Of a DNA stretch of 64,000 nucleotides, positions 39,060-48,272 are shown in pieces. The notes under the pieces were generated by a model, which ran no database searches, had not been told where the DNA came from, and saw only the letters and a program-made list of their open reading frames with translations. The stretch spans positions 19,751 to 83,750 of the forward strand of contig JAHITT010000004.1 in the NCBI GenBank assembly GCA_018817715.1, given 5' to 3'. The translations under genes and the position numbers were made by a program. Within the stretch, counting starts at the first letter, position 1. Each line of letters starts with the position of its first letter. Origin of the DNA: Patescibacteria group bacterium (GTDB lineage Bacteria; Patescibacteriota; Patescibacteriia; Veblenbacterales; UBA10138).

Positions 39060-40991
39060 TTATCTACTCGCTCCCGAATAAGTAATCGCTTGCATTATAT
39101 TCCAATCTTCAGTAGAACTTGGTGTATGCCCGTAAATAGCTTTAAAGATCTTGATGCCGTTAGTTTCACTATTCAAATTCCTATTCTCAGCTTTTTGTCT
39201 AAGACCATAAGCCATAACAGTCACAGCTGCGTTATCATTGGCATTGCTCATATCAGCTACTCTTTTGTAGATCTTTTGAAATTGTTCTTTAGCTTTGTTC
39301 TCAGCCCCTTGATTAGTAATACTTGGCCAACGACCGTTAGCGATTTTAATGGCGTCAGTTAATTCCTCTTCTGTCTCTGGCAATTTATTAAAAGCGTTCT
39401 TATAAGAATACATAACTGCTGCTCTTTCGCCGGCTCCTAATTTTTGAGTGTTTGTATCTGCCCCATAAGTAATAAAACTATTTATGGCCGTTTCCATTTT
39501 AGCTGATAACTTTTCAACATTATTAGTTAAGTTTTCAAAATACTTAATTTTAGTTGCCTGCTCTTTAACAATATCTCTTAACTGTTTAAGTTCCGCTAAT
39601 ACCTCGCTTAATTTATCATCATACAGTCTATTAGCACTAACAGCCGCTTCGGTTATTTTAATAGTCGGTTTTATTATTTCGTTAGCAGTATCAGGGGCTA
39701 AAACCGGACTATCTGTCCCAGGATAGTTTTTATCAATTGTTATTATACCTGAATAATTATTATTGGATTCATTTAATTCATCTAACTCATTTCCATTATC
39801 TACAGTATATTCGAGATAATAATTATTAATTTTAGTAAATTTACCCAACCAAAGGCGAGAAATTGACTCGCCGGGCATTAAAGGATAGTCCGTTGTCGGC
39901 AATGGTCTATTAGTCTTCAAACTAACTATTGGGGTTTCAGAGTTAAATAAAAAGTTTTGATTAGATAAATTGAAGTATGTATTTAATAGACCCTTAGAAC
40001 TAGTTAGTAGTGCCGTGCCATTATTTTTAATAGTAACTGAGATTGTTCCAACTTGGTTAGCATAATTTGTAGAAAAAGTAATACCAGTAACTGTTAAATC
40101 TGGTTTTTTATCAACATTATTAATCGAATCATTAATAACAATTGATTTTGAAAGAGTGTTGTTATTTTCATTTGATTCATCTAATTCGTTAGCGTTATCA
40201 ATTGTAAACTGAAGATATAAATTACCAGAAGTATTAAATTTTCCTACCCAAGAAAAAGTGATTGACTCCTCCTTTTTTAAAGGGTTCGAAATGGTTGGAT
40301 CTGGACGATTAGCACGGTAAGCAAGAATCGAGGGTGTTTCACTACTAAAAATAAAGTTTTGTGCCGATAGATTATTATACCAATTAAATAATCCTTGGCC
40401 GCTAGTTAGATCCCCGCCTAAATTTTTAACCGTTACGGATAGTGTTCCGTTTTCATTTTTTACAGATGAACTGAAGTTTATATTTGTTACAGTTAAATCT
40501 GGTTTAGAAATAATCGCACCGATCGAAATACTGACGCTTAAACTATTGTTATTCTCGTTGGTCTCCACCAACTCATTAGCATTATCGACTGTATATTGTA
40601 AATATAAATTACCAGAAGTATTAAATTTTCCTACCCAAGAAAAAGTGATTGACTCATTAGTTTTTAATGGATTATTGGTTGAAAGATCCGGCAGAGCTCT
40701 ATCAGTTTTAAATTGAGTAGCTGAAGGAGTTGAGCTATCAAAGACAAAATTTTGAAAACTAAAATTATTGTAAGTGTTAAGTAGGCCTGCAGTGTTGTTT
40801 AAATCACCACCTAAATTTTTTATAGTAACTGCTAATTTTCCGGTTTCTCCCTGTTGGGAGCCAGAAAAAGTAATACCAGTAACCGTTAAATCCGGGTTGC
40901 CTGTTTCGGCTTGAGTTTTTGTAGCAAAAAAGAAACCGCAAACCCCAAAAATTATAAATAACACCGAAACCGACTTTTTAAAATTAAACAT
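39060..40991 (-). CDS. Secreted surface protein with three tandem ~130-aa Ig/CARDB-like repeats, coiled-coil region and a C-terminal domain
   Basis: Signal peptide. Repeat unit KPDLTVTGITFS...SITFSWVGKFNTSGNLYLQ(Y/F)T(V/I)DNANEL occurs three times. Terminator hairpin at 39008-39037. Confidence 0.6.
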   Translation of the reverse strand: MFNFKKSVSVLFIIFGVCGFFFATKTQAETGNPDLTVTGITFSGSQQGETGKLAVTIKNLGGDLNNTAGLLNTYNNFSFQNFVFDSSTPSATQFKTDRALPDLSTNNPLKTNESITFSWVGKFNTSGNLYLQYTVDNANELVETNENNNSLSVSISIGAIISKPDLTVTNINFSSSVKNENGTLSVTVKNLGGDLTSGQGLFNWYNNLSAQNFIFSSETPSILAYRANRPDPTISNPLKKEESITFSWVGKFNTSGNLYLQFTIDNANELDESNENNNTLSKSIVINDSINNVDKKPDLTVTGITFSTNYANQVGTISVTIKNNGTALLTSSKGLLNTYFNLSNQNFLFNSETPIVSLKTNRPLPTTDYPLMPGESISRLWLGKFTKINNYYLEYTVDNGNELDELNESNNNYSGIITIDKNYPGTDSPVLAPDTANEIIKPTIKITEAAVSANRLYDDKLSEVLAELKQLRDIVKEQATKIKYFENLTNNVEKLSAKMETAINSFITYGADTNTQKLGAGERAAVMYSYKNAFNKLPETEEELTDAIKIANGRWPSITNQGAENKAKEQFQKIYKRVADMSNANDNAAVTVMAYGLRQKAENRNLNSETNGIKIFKAIYGHTPSSTEDWNIMQAITYSGASR

Positions 40992-41053
40992 AAATTTTAT
41001 TATTTTTAACTAATAATGTTGTAATAATGTATCACAAATATTCTTAAATGTCA

Positions 41054-41112
41054 AATTTTTAAACTAAAAAAATAAATGTGCTATAATAGCCAAACTATGC
41101 TATTAAAAAATA
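41054..41112 (+). repeat. Copy 2 of the 57-bp promoter/start repeat (native promoter of the downstream carboxypeptidase gene)
   Basis: See 38706-38764. Confidence 0.7.
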
Positions 41113-42017
41113 AATTTTTTCTTGTTTTATTGCTAATTGGTCTTAACTTAGCGCCTATTCACGTAGTGGCTCAATCCACTATTAATAAAAATTCTTCTTA
41201 TCAAGATTTTGGCGCTTGGTATCAAAAAAATTATAAGCTTAAAGCCTTGCCTTTTCGGGCCGTAGCTCTAATAGATGCCCAAACCTTGCAACCACTATAC
41301 TATTACCAAGAAAGCACGACCATGCCCACAGCCAGCTTAATGAAAATGCTGGCGGCGGGCGCCTTTTTAAGCTATGGCTCACCAGATTGGTTTAAATTGG
41401 TGGATTTAACTGAACAAGAAAACGAAACTCTTTTACGGCCTTATGTGGAACCTAAAGATAATTTTGCCTTGCTACGATTAAAAGCTGGAGAAAAAATAAG
41501 CTTAGAACAAGCTTTTGCCACTATGCTCATGGGTTCAGCCAACAACATTGCTGTAGCTTTGCCTCGTTATTTGGGTATCAGCCGGACTGATTTTATCAAC
41601 CGCATGCAACAAACTGCCCTAAATTGGGGTATGAACCAAACAATTGTGGATGAACCCAGTGGTTTATCTTTAAACAATGTTTCTTCAGCCAAAGATTTAG
41701 CCCTAGGCACCTGCCAGGCTTTTGGTAATTTTATGACCAGCTATTATGGTAGCCAACCTTACCTAACTTACGATACCGATATTAAAACCCACAAAATCAT
41801 TAGTCACACGGTGCATGATGTTAGAAATTATTCTCAAAAATACTGGGGAGCTAAAACCGGTTACTTAAGAGAAACACAATATCATTTAGCCGCCGGTGTT
41901 ATAACGCCTCAGGGTCGTAAACTGTGCTTAACTGTTTTAACCTCGCCCAGTCGCGCCCTGTCCGAACAAACCGGCGAAGCTTTACGACAATGGGCGGATA
42001 AAATGTATCAATGGTAA
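41076..42017 (+). CDS. D-alanyl-D-alanine carboxypeptidase (peptidase S11 / PBP-like); true start plausibly the second ATG at 41097 (leaderless)
   Basis: SxxK (ASLMK), SxN (GSANN), KTG (GAKTGY). Signal peptide begins at MLLKNKFFLVLLLIG. Confidence 0.7.
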   Translation: MCYNSQTMLLKNKFFLVLLLIGLNLAPIHVVAQSTINKNSSYQDFGAWYQKNYKLKALPFRAVALIDAQTLQPLYYYQESTTMPTASLMKMLAAGAFLSYGSPDWFKLVDLTEQENETLLRPYVEPKDNFALLRLKAGEKISLEQAFATMLMGSANNIAVALPRYLGISRTDFINRMQQTALNWGMNQTIVDEPSGLSLNNVSSAKDLALGTCQAFGNFMTSYYGSQPYLTYDTDIKTHKIISHTVHDVRNYSQKYWGAKTGYLRETQYHLAAGVITPQGRKLCLTVLTSPSRALSEQTGEALRQWADKMYQW

Positions 42018-42113
42018 AAACTCAAAATTAAAAAACAATTTACAATATACTAATCAAAAAATCCACCTATCCGGTGGATTTTTTTAAATGAATTTTCTAA
42101 TCTTTACATTCTA

Positions 42114-42881
42114 CTAACCCTTTTTTAATCTGTCATTATTTTTTAAAATATCTTCCACAAACCCAGCTTGATAGCCTAAATCCTTAGCCGCTTTAGCTAT
42201 AGCTTCTAAATCTTTAGGCAGACATTTACCACTAAAACCGGGCTTATCTGGATAAACAAAAGTATGGTAACGGCTCATCCTAGGATCCATTAACCAAGCT
42301 TCCCTAACCATATGCCAATCCGCGCCAAAAACCTGACAAATATTATAATATTCATTAACCAAAGTAACCATATTAGCTACTGCTGTGTTAGTCATATATT
42401 TGGCAATTTCCGCTTCGGTCGCGCTTAAAAACATTATTTTTACACCAGAGTTATAAACCGATTGGTAAAGTTCCACTGCTTTAGCACAATTATCCTTGGC
42501 CCCGCCTAATATTAAAAAAGTTTTTTTACTTTCATCGGCTAAAGGATGCGCCACGGTTTCACCAATATATTCTGGTTGGAAAATAATTTTTTTATTAGGA
42601 TATTTATCAATCAATTTTTGAGTGGTTCCTGGTTTAACTGTGGAGCGAATTATTATTAAATCGCTCTCTAGCCAAGCGATTGTTTCTTCCACTATGGAAG
42701 TATCACAACCACCGTCGGCCAAAGAATTGGTTGGCACACAAACAAAAACCACCTGACAAGAATTTATTTCCGCCTGACTAGATGATTCTTCGGGCAAAGC
42801 CGGATCGTATATTAAAGCCTCGCTAAATAACTTTTTAATCGCTTTACCTACAAAACCATAACCAACTATACCAATTTTCAT
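42114..42881 (-). CDS. Short nucleotide-sugar dehydrogenase family protein (UDP-glucose/GDP-mannose dehydrogenase-like)
   Basis: N-terminal Rossmann KIGIVGYGFVGKA. GFSGKCLPKD resembles the UDPGDH catalytic-Cys motif. Only 255 aa. Confidence 0.5.
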   Translation of the reverse strand: MKIGIVGYGFVGKAIKKLFSEALIYDPALPEESSSQAEINSCQVVFVCVPTNSLADGGCDTSIVEETIAWLESDLIIIRSTVKPGTTQKLIDKYPNKKIIFQPEYIGETVAHPLADESKKTFLILGGAKDNCAKAVELYQSVYNSGVKIMFLSATEAEIAKYMTNTAVANMVTLVNEYYNICQVFGADWHMVREAWLMDPRMSRYHTFVYPDKPGFSGKCLPKDLEAIAKAAKDLGYQAGFVEDILKNNDRLKKG

Positions 42882-43342
42882 ATTTCGTCCTCTTCTTTGT
42901 TAATATTTAATTCTTTTAATAAATCTAAAGGATAATAAACGCCTTGCAAATAAGCTTGAACTGCTTGGTAATAAGGCTCATACCAAAAATCCTCTTGTTT
43001 TAAAGAAGCTAACTCTAAACGGCTAAACCATTTGGCTTTTTTAACCTCACCAATAGCTAATTTTAAATCACCACTTTGCCACTGGCCCACAAAATAAAAA
43101 CGCAAGGTAGGTTTATCTTTTTTATTCTTATATTCTTGAATTTGTACCAAACCAGTCGGCTGAACAACAAAATTCACCTCTTCGACTACTTCTCTTAATA
43201 AACCTTGGCAAATTGTTTCACCTTTTTTTAAACCGCCGCCTGGCAGTTTCCAACCTGGGGAACGCTCATCTTCGGTTAGTAAAACCGCCTCACCTTTAAC
43301 TATAAAACAATAAGCCTTAGTACGTATTAAAGTTGCTGCCAT
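42878..43342 (-). CDS. NUDIX hydrolase
   Basis: Nudix box GETICQGLLREVVEEVNF. Confidence 0.8.
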   Translation of the reverse strand: MAATLIRTKAYCFIVKGEAVLLTEDERSPGWKLPGGGLKKGETICQGLLREVVEEVNFVVQPTGLVQIQEYKNKKDKPTLRFYFVGQWQSGDLKLAIGEVKKAKWFSRLELASLKQEDFWYEPYYQAVQAYLQGVYYPLDLLKELNINKEEDEI

Positions 43343-43397
43343 AATAGTAAAAATACTAGCAGATAATCAAAGAAAAATAAATACCAAAGAAAAACTA

Positions 43398-43444
43398 TTG
43401 ACAAAAATAATTAATTGCTCTATAATTAGATATATATCTAATTA
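43398..43444 (+). promoter_or_regulatory. Promoter (TTGACA-17-TATAAT) with overlapping 22-bp perfect palindrome operator
   Basis: ttgaca at 43398-43403, tataat at 43421-43426, palindrome taattagatatatatctaatta at 43423-43444. Confidence 0.5.
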
Positions 43445-43456
43445 TCTAAATATTCC

Positions 43457-43729
43457 ATGCCTTTAAGCCAAACCCTAGCCGCTCTAGCCGACCCTAATCG
43501 GCAAAAAATAATTGACCTACTAAAAAAAGGTGAACGAGCTGTAGCCGATTTAGGCCACTACCTTAATATTACCCCACCAACCCTATCGCATCATTTGGAT
43601 ATTTTAAAACGGGCTGATTTAATAAGCGCTCGTAGGCAAGGTCAACAAATTTTTTATTCTCTTAACTTAAGCGTACTGGAAGAATTGGTGGAAAAATTTT
43701 CTAAATTTTTAAATACTTCTAAAAAATAA
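43457..43729 (+). CDS. ArsR/SmtB-family transcriptional regulator (SdpR-like)
   Basis: Winged-HTH region ADLGHYLNITPPTLSHHLDILKRADLI. Confidence 0.8.
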   Translation: MPLSQTLAALADPNRQKIIDLLKKGERAVADLGHYLNITPPTLSHHLDILKRADLISARRQGQQIFYSLNLSVLEELVEKFSKFLNTSKK

Positions 43730-43741
43730 CCTGTTTATTTT

Positions 43742-44425
43742 ATGAATTCCCCTCTTAAACTATCTGTTAAAAGCGAAATTTGGCCACTCTTAATGATTGC
43801 TATCACTATAGGTATAAGTTATTATTTTTATCCCAGTTTACCTGAAACTGTGGCCAGTCATTGGGATTTCCGCGGCCAAGTGGACGGCTGGACTAGTAAA
43901 CAAATCCATAGCTTGCTGTTACCAGGAATAATGGCCGGAATATATATTTTATTTTTAATCCTGCCGTACTTTGATCCTAAAAAAGAACGTTACCAAGAAT
44001 TTGCCAAGGTTTATCATATTTTTAAATCCTTAATAATAACAACTTTTTTAATAGTTTATTTAGCCACTACTTTATATAATGTCGGCTATGACCTAAACAT
44101 CGGTTTAATAATAGCCTCAACTATTGGTTTGCTAATGATAATTATAGGTAACTACATGGGCAAAATAAAAAAGAATTGGTTTGTCGGTATTCGCACACCT
44201 TGGACCTTATCCAATGAAAATGTTTGGAATAAAACCCATCGAGTTGGTGGCTGGATGTTTATAATTTTCGGTTTAGTTATAATACTCGCTCCCAATTTAC
44301 CAGCTAATTTGGCTTTGTATGTGTTTATCAGTGGTGCCCTGCTAACTACTTTAGGTACTTTTGCCTATTCCTACTTTGCCTGGCGGCAAGAAAAAAAGAA
44401 TAACCCCACTAACGACCATGCCTAA
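43742..44425 (+). CDS. SdpI/YhfL-family membrane protein
   Basis: Multi-TM. WTLSNENVWNKTHRVGGWMFIIFG matches the SdpI family. Confidence 0.65.
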   Translation: MNSPLKLSVKSEIWPLLMIAITIGISYYFYPSLPETVASHWDFRGQVDGWTSKQIHSLLLPGIMAGIYILFLILPYFDPKKERYQEFAKVYHIFKSLIITTFLIVYLATTLYNVGYDLNIGLIIASTIGLLMIIIGNYMGKIKKNWFVGIRTPWTLSNENVWNKTHRVGGWMFIIFGLVIILAPNLPANLALYVFISGALLTTLGTFAYSYFAWRQEKKNNPTNDHA

Positions 44426-44963
44426 AATTACTTTAAAAAAACTTCATTTAATACTAATCGCCGGTCATGTAGGTAGTGGCAAAACCCATTTAGCTAAAAA
44501 ACTAGCTAAAAAAATAAATTGCCTAAGGATCGACAAAGATATTATAGATGATTCTTTTACCACCAGCCGGCTTAGTAATCTTTACCAATCAGCTGCCCGA
44601 CCCTACATCCATAAAATAATGTACAATCTGGCCGAAAGTAATTTGTCCGATAATACTTCAGTGATTATCGACGCGCCTTATACTAAAGCCGAAAAATATT
44701 TAAACAATCCAACCTGGCTTAAATTAATCAAAAATATAGCCAAAAAACATAAAGCCACTATTAAATTAATCTGGTGTACAGCTGATAATAAAACACGCCA
44801 ACACAGAATTCTTAAAAGAAACCATGAACGCGACCAGGAAAGAAAAGATCAATTCAAAAGATATGTTGGCGCCGGGCATTTAATACCCATACCTTTTAAA
44901 CATTTGCTCTTTGATTCTACTAAAGATTCTTTAAATAAAGTTATTAAATTCTTGGCTGACTAG
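44418..44963 (+). CDS. P-loop NTPase (AAA_33/kinase-like); ORF-track start 44361 overlaps the upstream gene, so start placed at MPKITLKK
   Basis: Walker A GHVGSGKTH. Walker B-like VIIDAPY. Confidence 0.5.
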   Translation: MPKITLKKLHLILIAGHVGSGKTHLAKKLAKKINCLRIDKDIIDDSFTTSRLSNLYQSAARPYIHKIMYNLAESNLSDNTSVIIDAPYTKAEKYLNNPTWLKLIKNIAKKHKATIKLIWCTADNKTRQHRILKRNHERDQERKDQFKRYVGAGHLIPIPFKHLLFDSTKDSLNKVIKFLAD

Positions 44964-44973
44964 CAAACCATTA

Positions 44974-45492
44974 CTATATATTACGGCTATCATAAGCCCA
45001 ATGTAATAAAGCTTGACGTTGTTTGCGACGACAATTTAAATCTTTAGGATGGCAATATTTTTTTATAGCACCGGCATGGCGGCTAATGGCTCGCCAACGT
45101 TTTATTTGCCTTATGTCTTCTTTAGGTAAACGCCTCCCCAAATAATAACGACAATACCACTGAAACCAACCTCTGGGATCCACTGGATTTATCCAACCTT
45201 TTTGTTGCCAACTTTCCAAAGGCAAACTGGCATCTACACCAAAATAATTTAACTTATAATTTTTCCTGCCAGGCGATAACCTAGCCCCAGTAAACCAACT
45301 TTTAGGAAATTCTTTACGGCAATCTGTTAAATACTTACCACCAAACACCCCCAGTTTAAGCATCTGCCGAGGTGTTAGTTGCGGTTTGAAATCAGTTAAA
45401 AAGTTTTTACCAGCCGGTTCAATTAAATAATAGCGATAACCTTGCTGCATTTTATCATTTACAACCACTAATTTTTTTACCCGCCGAGGCAT
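44974..45492 (-). CDS. Conserved hypothetical protein (Trp/Arg-rich)
   Basis: ORF track 172 aa. No motif recognised. Confidence 0.4.
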   Translation of the reverse strand: MPRRVKKLVVVNDKMQQGYRYYLIEPAGKNFLTDFKPQLTPRQMLKLGVFGGKYLTDCRKEFPKSWFTGARLSPGRKNYKLNYFGVDASLPLESWQQKGWINPVDPRGWFQWYCRYYLGRRLPKEDIRQIKRWRAISRHAGAIKKYCHPKDLNCRRKQRQALLHWAYDSRNI

Positions 45493-45493
45493 A

Positions 45494-46606
45494 TTAATTA
45501 AAATTAATCACTACTATTTCACTACTACTACCCAAACGTTGTGGTGGCCCCCAAGTACCTACACCACTAGTAGTTATTAACTGCCCCTCGCCTACCTTAT
45601 GCCAGCCGTAATCCAGGCCTTTGTATACTGCTCGGGCTAGGTAATTAAATGGCCACATCTGGCCAACATGGGTATGGCCCGATAAAACCAAATCAACACC
45701 AGCCTCAGTTGCCGTATCAACCACAAAAGGCACGTGCTTTAATAAAACAGTGGGCTTAGCTTTATCTAAATTTAAATTCGACATTAAGTCTGCTAGACCG
45801 TCTGAACTATTAGAATCTTTAAAAGTTACGCCAGCTATTTGTAAACCCTTAACTTCCACTGATTTATTATTAAGTATGGTAATACCAGCTCCGGCCAAAG
45901 CTTTGGTATAAGGCGAACTATCGCCGAATTCTTCATGGTTACCATTGCTAAAATAAATTCCTAAGGGCGTTTGCAAATTTTTCCAAGGTTCAGCCAATTT
46001 AATATAATCAGCTGGCGGTCCATCATAAAAATCTCCTGGTATAAAAACCGCTGCTGGTTTAAGGTTGTTTACTAGTTTAACTATTTTAGCCGACCTGCCA
46101 ACCCCATAAATATTACCTAAATGACTATCGGACAATAATATAGCCTTTTGTCCTTGCCAGGCGGCTGGCCAATTAATCCCCGCTATATCGTACTGTTTTA
46201 TTTTTATAGCCTGAGAATTATAAACACTATAAACACTTAATATAACAGCCACTATAAAAAAAGACGCCCCAGTTATGCCCCAGTTAAAATTAACCGGCCA
46301 CCAAAAACTTATTATTTTTACCAACCCATAAGCCAAACTGGCCAGCACCAAAAAATGCAAAGTGCCCAACCAAACAGCCGCTCCAGTATAAAACCAATCA
46401 ATTAGTGGGTTTATAAAACGATTAGCTAAAAGTGAAGCTACTAAAAAACTTATTGATAAAATAAAAAAAACAATTTTCAAACGAACAATTCCACCATCAC
46501 TTAAACTACCCCAAAAATTAACCAAGGTTTTATAAACTAAAAAATGGCCTAACCAAAGAATCACTTGAATAACGGATAAAAAAATTAAAACTTGCCAAAG
46601 CCTCAT
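45494..46606 (-). CDS. Membrane-anchored calcineurin-like metallophosphoesterase
   Basis: N-terminal TM helices, then motifs LSDSHLG, GDFYDG, GNHE. Confidence 0.75.
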   Translation of the reverse strand: MRLWQVLIFLSVIQVILWLGHFLVYKTLVNFWGSLSDGGIVRLKIVFFILSISFLVASLLANRFINPLIDWFYTGAAVWLGTLHFLVLASLAYGLVKIISFWWPVNFNWGITGASFFIVAVILSVYSVYNSQAIKIKQYDIAGINWPAAWQGQKAILLSDSHLGNIYGVGRSAKIVKLVNNLKPAAVFIPGDFYDGPPADYIKLAEPWKNLQTPLGIYFSNGNHEEFGDSSPYTKALAGAGITILNNKSVEVKGLQIAGVTFKDSNSSDGLADLMSNLNLDKAKPTVLLKHVPFVVDTATEAGVDLVLSGHTHVGQMWPFNYLARAVYKGLDYGWHKVGEGQLITTSGVGTWGPPQRLGSSSEIVVINFN

Positions 46607-46611
46607 AATGT

Positions 46612-47082
46612 CTAAAAATTAAGTTGCCAAATAGTAAAATTCAAATAAGCCGCAAACATTACCCAAACAGCATAAGGTGCCAATAAAACAGCAGCCAAAC
46701 GAGAAGTGCGACCAATTAAAATTATCAAATAAATAATGGAAAAAAATAACAACCAAATTTCTATGGCCGCCAGCCCTATCATTTGTTGCCCAAAAAATAA
46801 CCAACTCCAACCAACGTTTAAAAATCCGTTAAGTACTAGCATAACCAAAGTCAAACGAAAATTTTTATATCTAATCGATTGATTATAAAAAATTAAAACA
46901 GCCCCGGCTATCAAAATAAACAAAACTGTCCAGGCTAAGCCAATAAACCAACCCGGCGGAGTAAAATCGGGCTTAAGTAAATTTTGGTACCAAACCGTGT
47001 CGGGACTGGTAAACTGGCCGCCCCACCAAGCTACTAACCAAACCAACATCGGTATAACAAAATAATTAATTTTTAACTTCAT
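46612..47082 (-). CDS. tspO: TspO/MBR family tryptophan-rich membrane protein (start at internal Met; ORF track extends to 47157)
   Basis: WYQNLLKPDFTPPGWFIGLAWTVLF, Trp-rich, 5 TM. Confidence 0.65.
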   Translation of the reverse strand: MKLKINYFVIPMLVWLVAWWGGQFTSPDTVWYQNLLKPDFTPPGWFIGLAWTVLFILIAGAVLIFYNQSIRYKNFRLTLVMLVLNGFLNVGWSWLFFGQQMIGLAAIEIWLLFFSIIYLIILIGRTSRLAAVLLAPYAVWVMFAAYLNFTIWQLNF

Positions 47083-47157
47083 ATATACATAATGTCTTAT
47101 TTTACTACTAAAAGCAAAACCTCCTGTTAAATTATACAGGAGGTTTTTAATTACCAT

Positions 47158-47330
47158 TTAGGCGCCGAAGCTAATTCGATTTGCGCCAACTTTCTTTTAA
47201 GTGGTGGCACTATAAACTTAAGACCATAAAGTATTAAACTATACACACCAAAAACCGTGAATAAAACTATTAAGGCTATTAAATATAATAAGCCACTTAA
47301 TATTTTAAAAATTATTTTTGTTTTAGACAT
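47158..47330 (-). CDS. Possible small membrane protein (57 aa)
   Basis: Minus-strand ORF MSKTKIIFKILSGLLYLIALIVLFTVFGVYSLILYGLKFIVPPLKRKLAQIELASAPK, below the ORF-track cutoff. Followed by hairpin aaacctcctgt...acaggaggttt at 47118-47147. Confidence 0.3.
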
Positions 47331-47578
47331 TTTGTCCTCCTGTTTTTTAGAAAATTGTTTTTATTTTTATAAAACAAAAAACCCGCATCTTTATTTAAGA
47401 TACGGGCTAAGTTTGGTTTAATTAAAAAATTCTAAACAATCCAAGCTTGTCCCTAAGGGGCCGGCGGTACTATTAACACAAATTGGCTGTTTAAAAAATT
47501 CATAATGTAAAATTAAGTATAAATTACTAACTTAACTTTGTCAAAAAAATCTTTATACTTAGCCATTTTTTCCTCCCT

Positions 47579-47604
47579 AGGCTTATTCGTACGAATAAGC
47601 CTAT
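47579..47604. promoter_or_regulatory. 26-bp perfect palindrome TAGGCTTATTCGTACGAATAAGCCTA upstream of lexA
   Basis: Read directly. No U-tract on either side, so more likely an operator than a terminator. Confidence 0.45.
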
Positions 47605-47632
47605 GTTATCCACAAGGGTAGGCTATTGACAT

Positions 47633-47650
47633 ATTGTACGTTCGTACAAT
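47633..47650. promoter_or_regulatory. Palindrome ATTGTACG-TT-CGTACAAT between TTGACA and TATAAT hexamers; candidate SOS (LexA) box
   Basis: GTAC-n4-GTAC core. Shares the heptamer TTCGTAC with the upstream palindrome. Overlaps the probable lexA promoter. Confidence 0.45.
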
Positions 47651-47694
47651 ATACTTATAATATAAAATAAAATCTAAATCTTAAACAAAAACTT

Positions 47695-48270
47695 ATGCCT
47701 CCAGAACACCAACAGCAGATTTTCAAAGTTAAACAATTTTACTGGGAAAATCACCGTATGCCCAGTTACGGCGAATTAGCCGATATTTTAAATTTTAAAT
47801 CCAAATATTCAGCTCAATATCTGGTAAAAAAATGGCTTAAAGTTGGCATTGTTAACCGCGATTACAAAGGCAAAATAACTCCGGGTAAATTGTTTATGCC
47901 TTTAAAACTCCTGGGTACTATTCAGGCCGGTTTGCCTACTCCGGCCGAAGAACAGGATTTGGACAGTATTTCTTTGGACGACTGGCTGATAAATAAAAAG
48001 TCTGATAATTTTATGCTAAAAGTTACCGGCGATTCTATGATAGAGGCTGGTATTCAGCCGGACGATCAAGTTATTGTGGAGCGGGGACGCGCTCCTAAAA
48101 ACGGTGACATCGTCGTAGCTGAGGTAGATAACGAATGGACTCTTAAATATTTTGAAAAACGAAATAATCAAACCAGGCTAATACCGGCCAATAAAAACTA
48201 TAAACCTATCATACCCCGCCAAGAATTAAAAATCGGCGGCATCGTCACGGCTGTAGTTAGAAAATATTAA
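47695..48270 (+). CDS. lexA: LexA repressor
   Basis: Cleavage site IQAG. S24 peptidase motifs GDSM...K. Confidence 0.9.
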   Translation: MPPEHQQQIFKVKQFYWENHRMPSYGELADILNFKSKYSAQYLVKKWLKVGIVNRDYKGKITPGKLFMPLKLLGTIQAGLPTPAEEQDLDSISLDDWLINKKSDNFMLKVTGDSMIEAGIQPDDQVIVERGRAPKNGDIVVAEVDNEWTLKYFEKRNNQTRLIPANKNYKPIIPRQELKIGGIVTAVVRKY

Positions 48271-48272
48271 AA

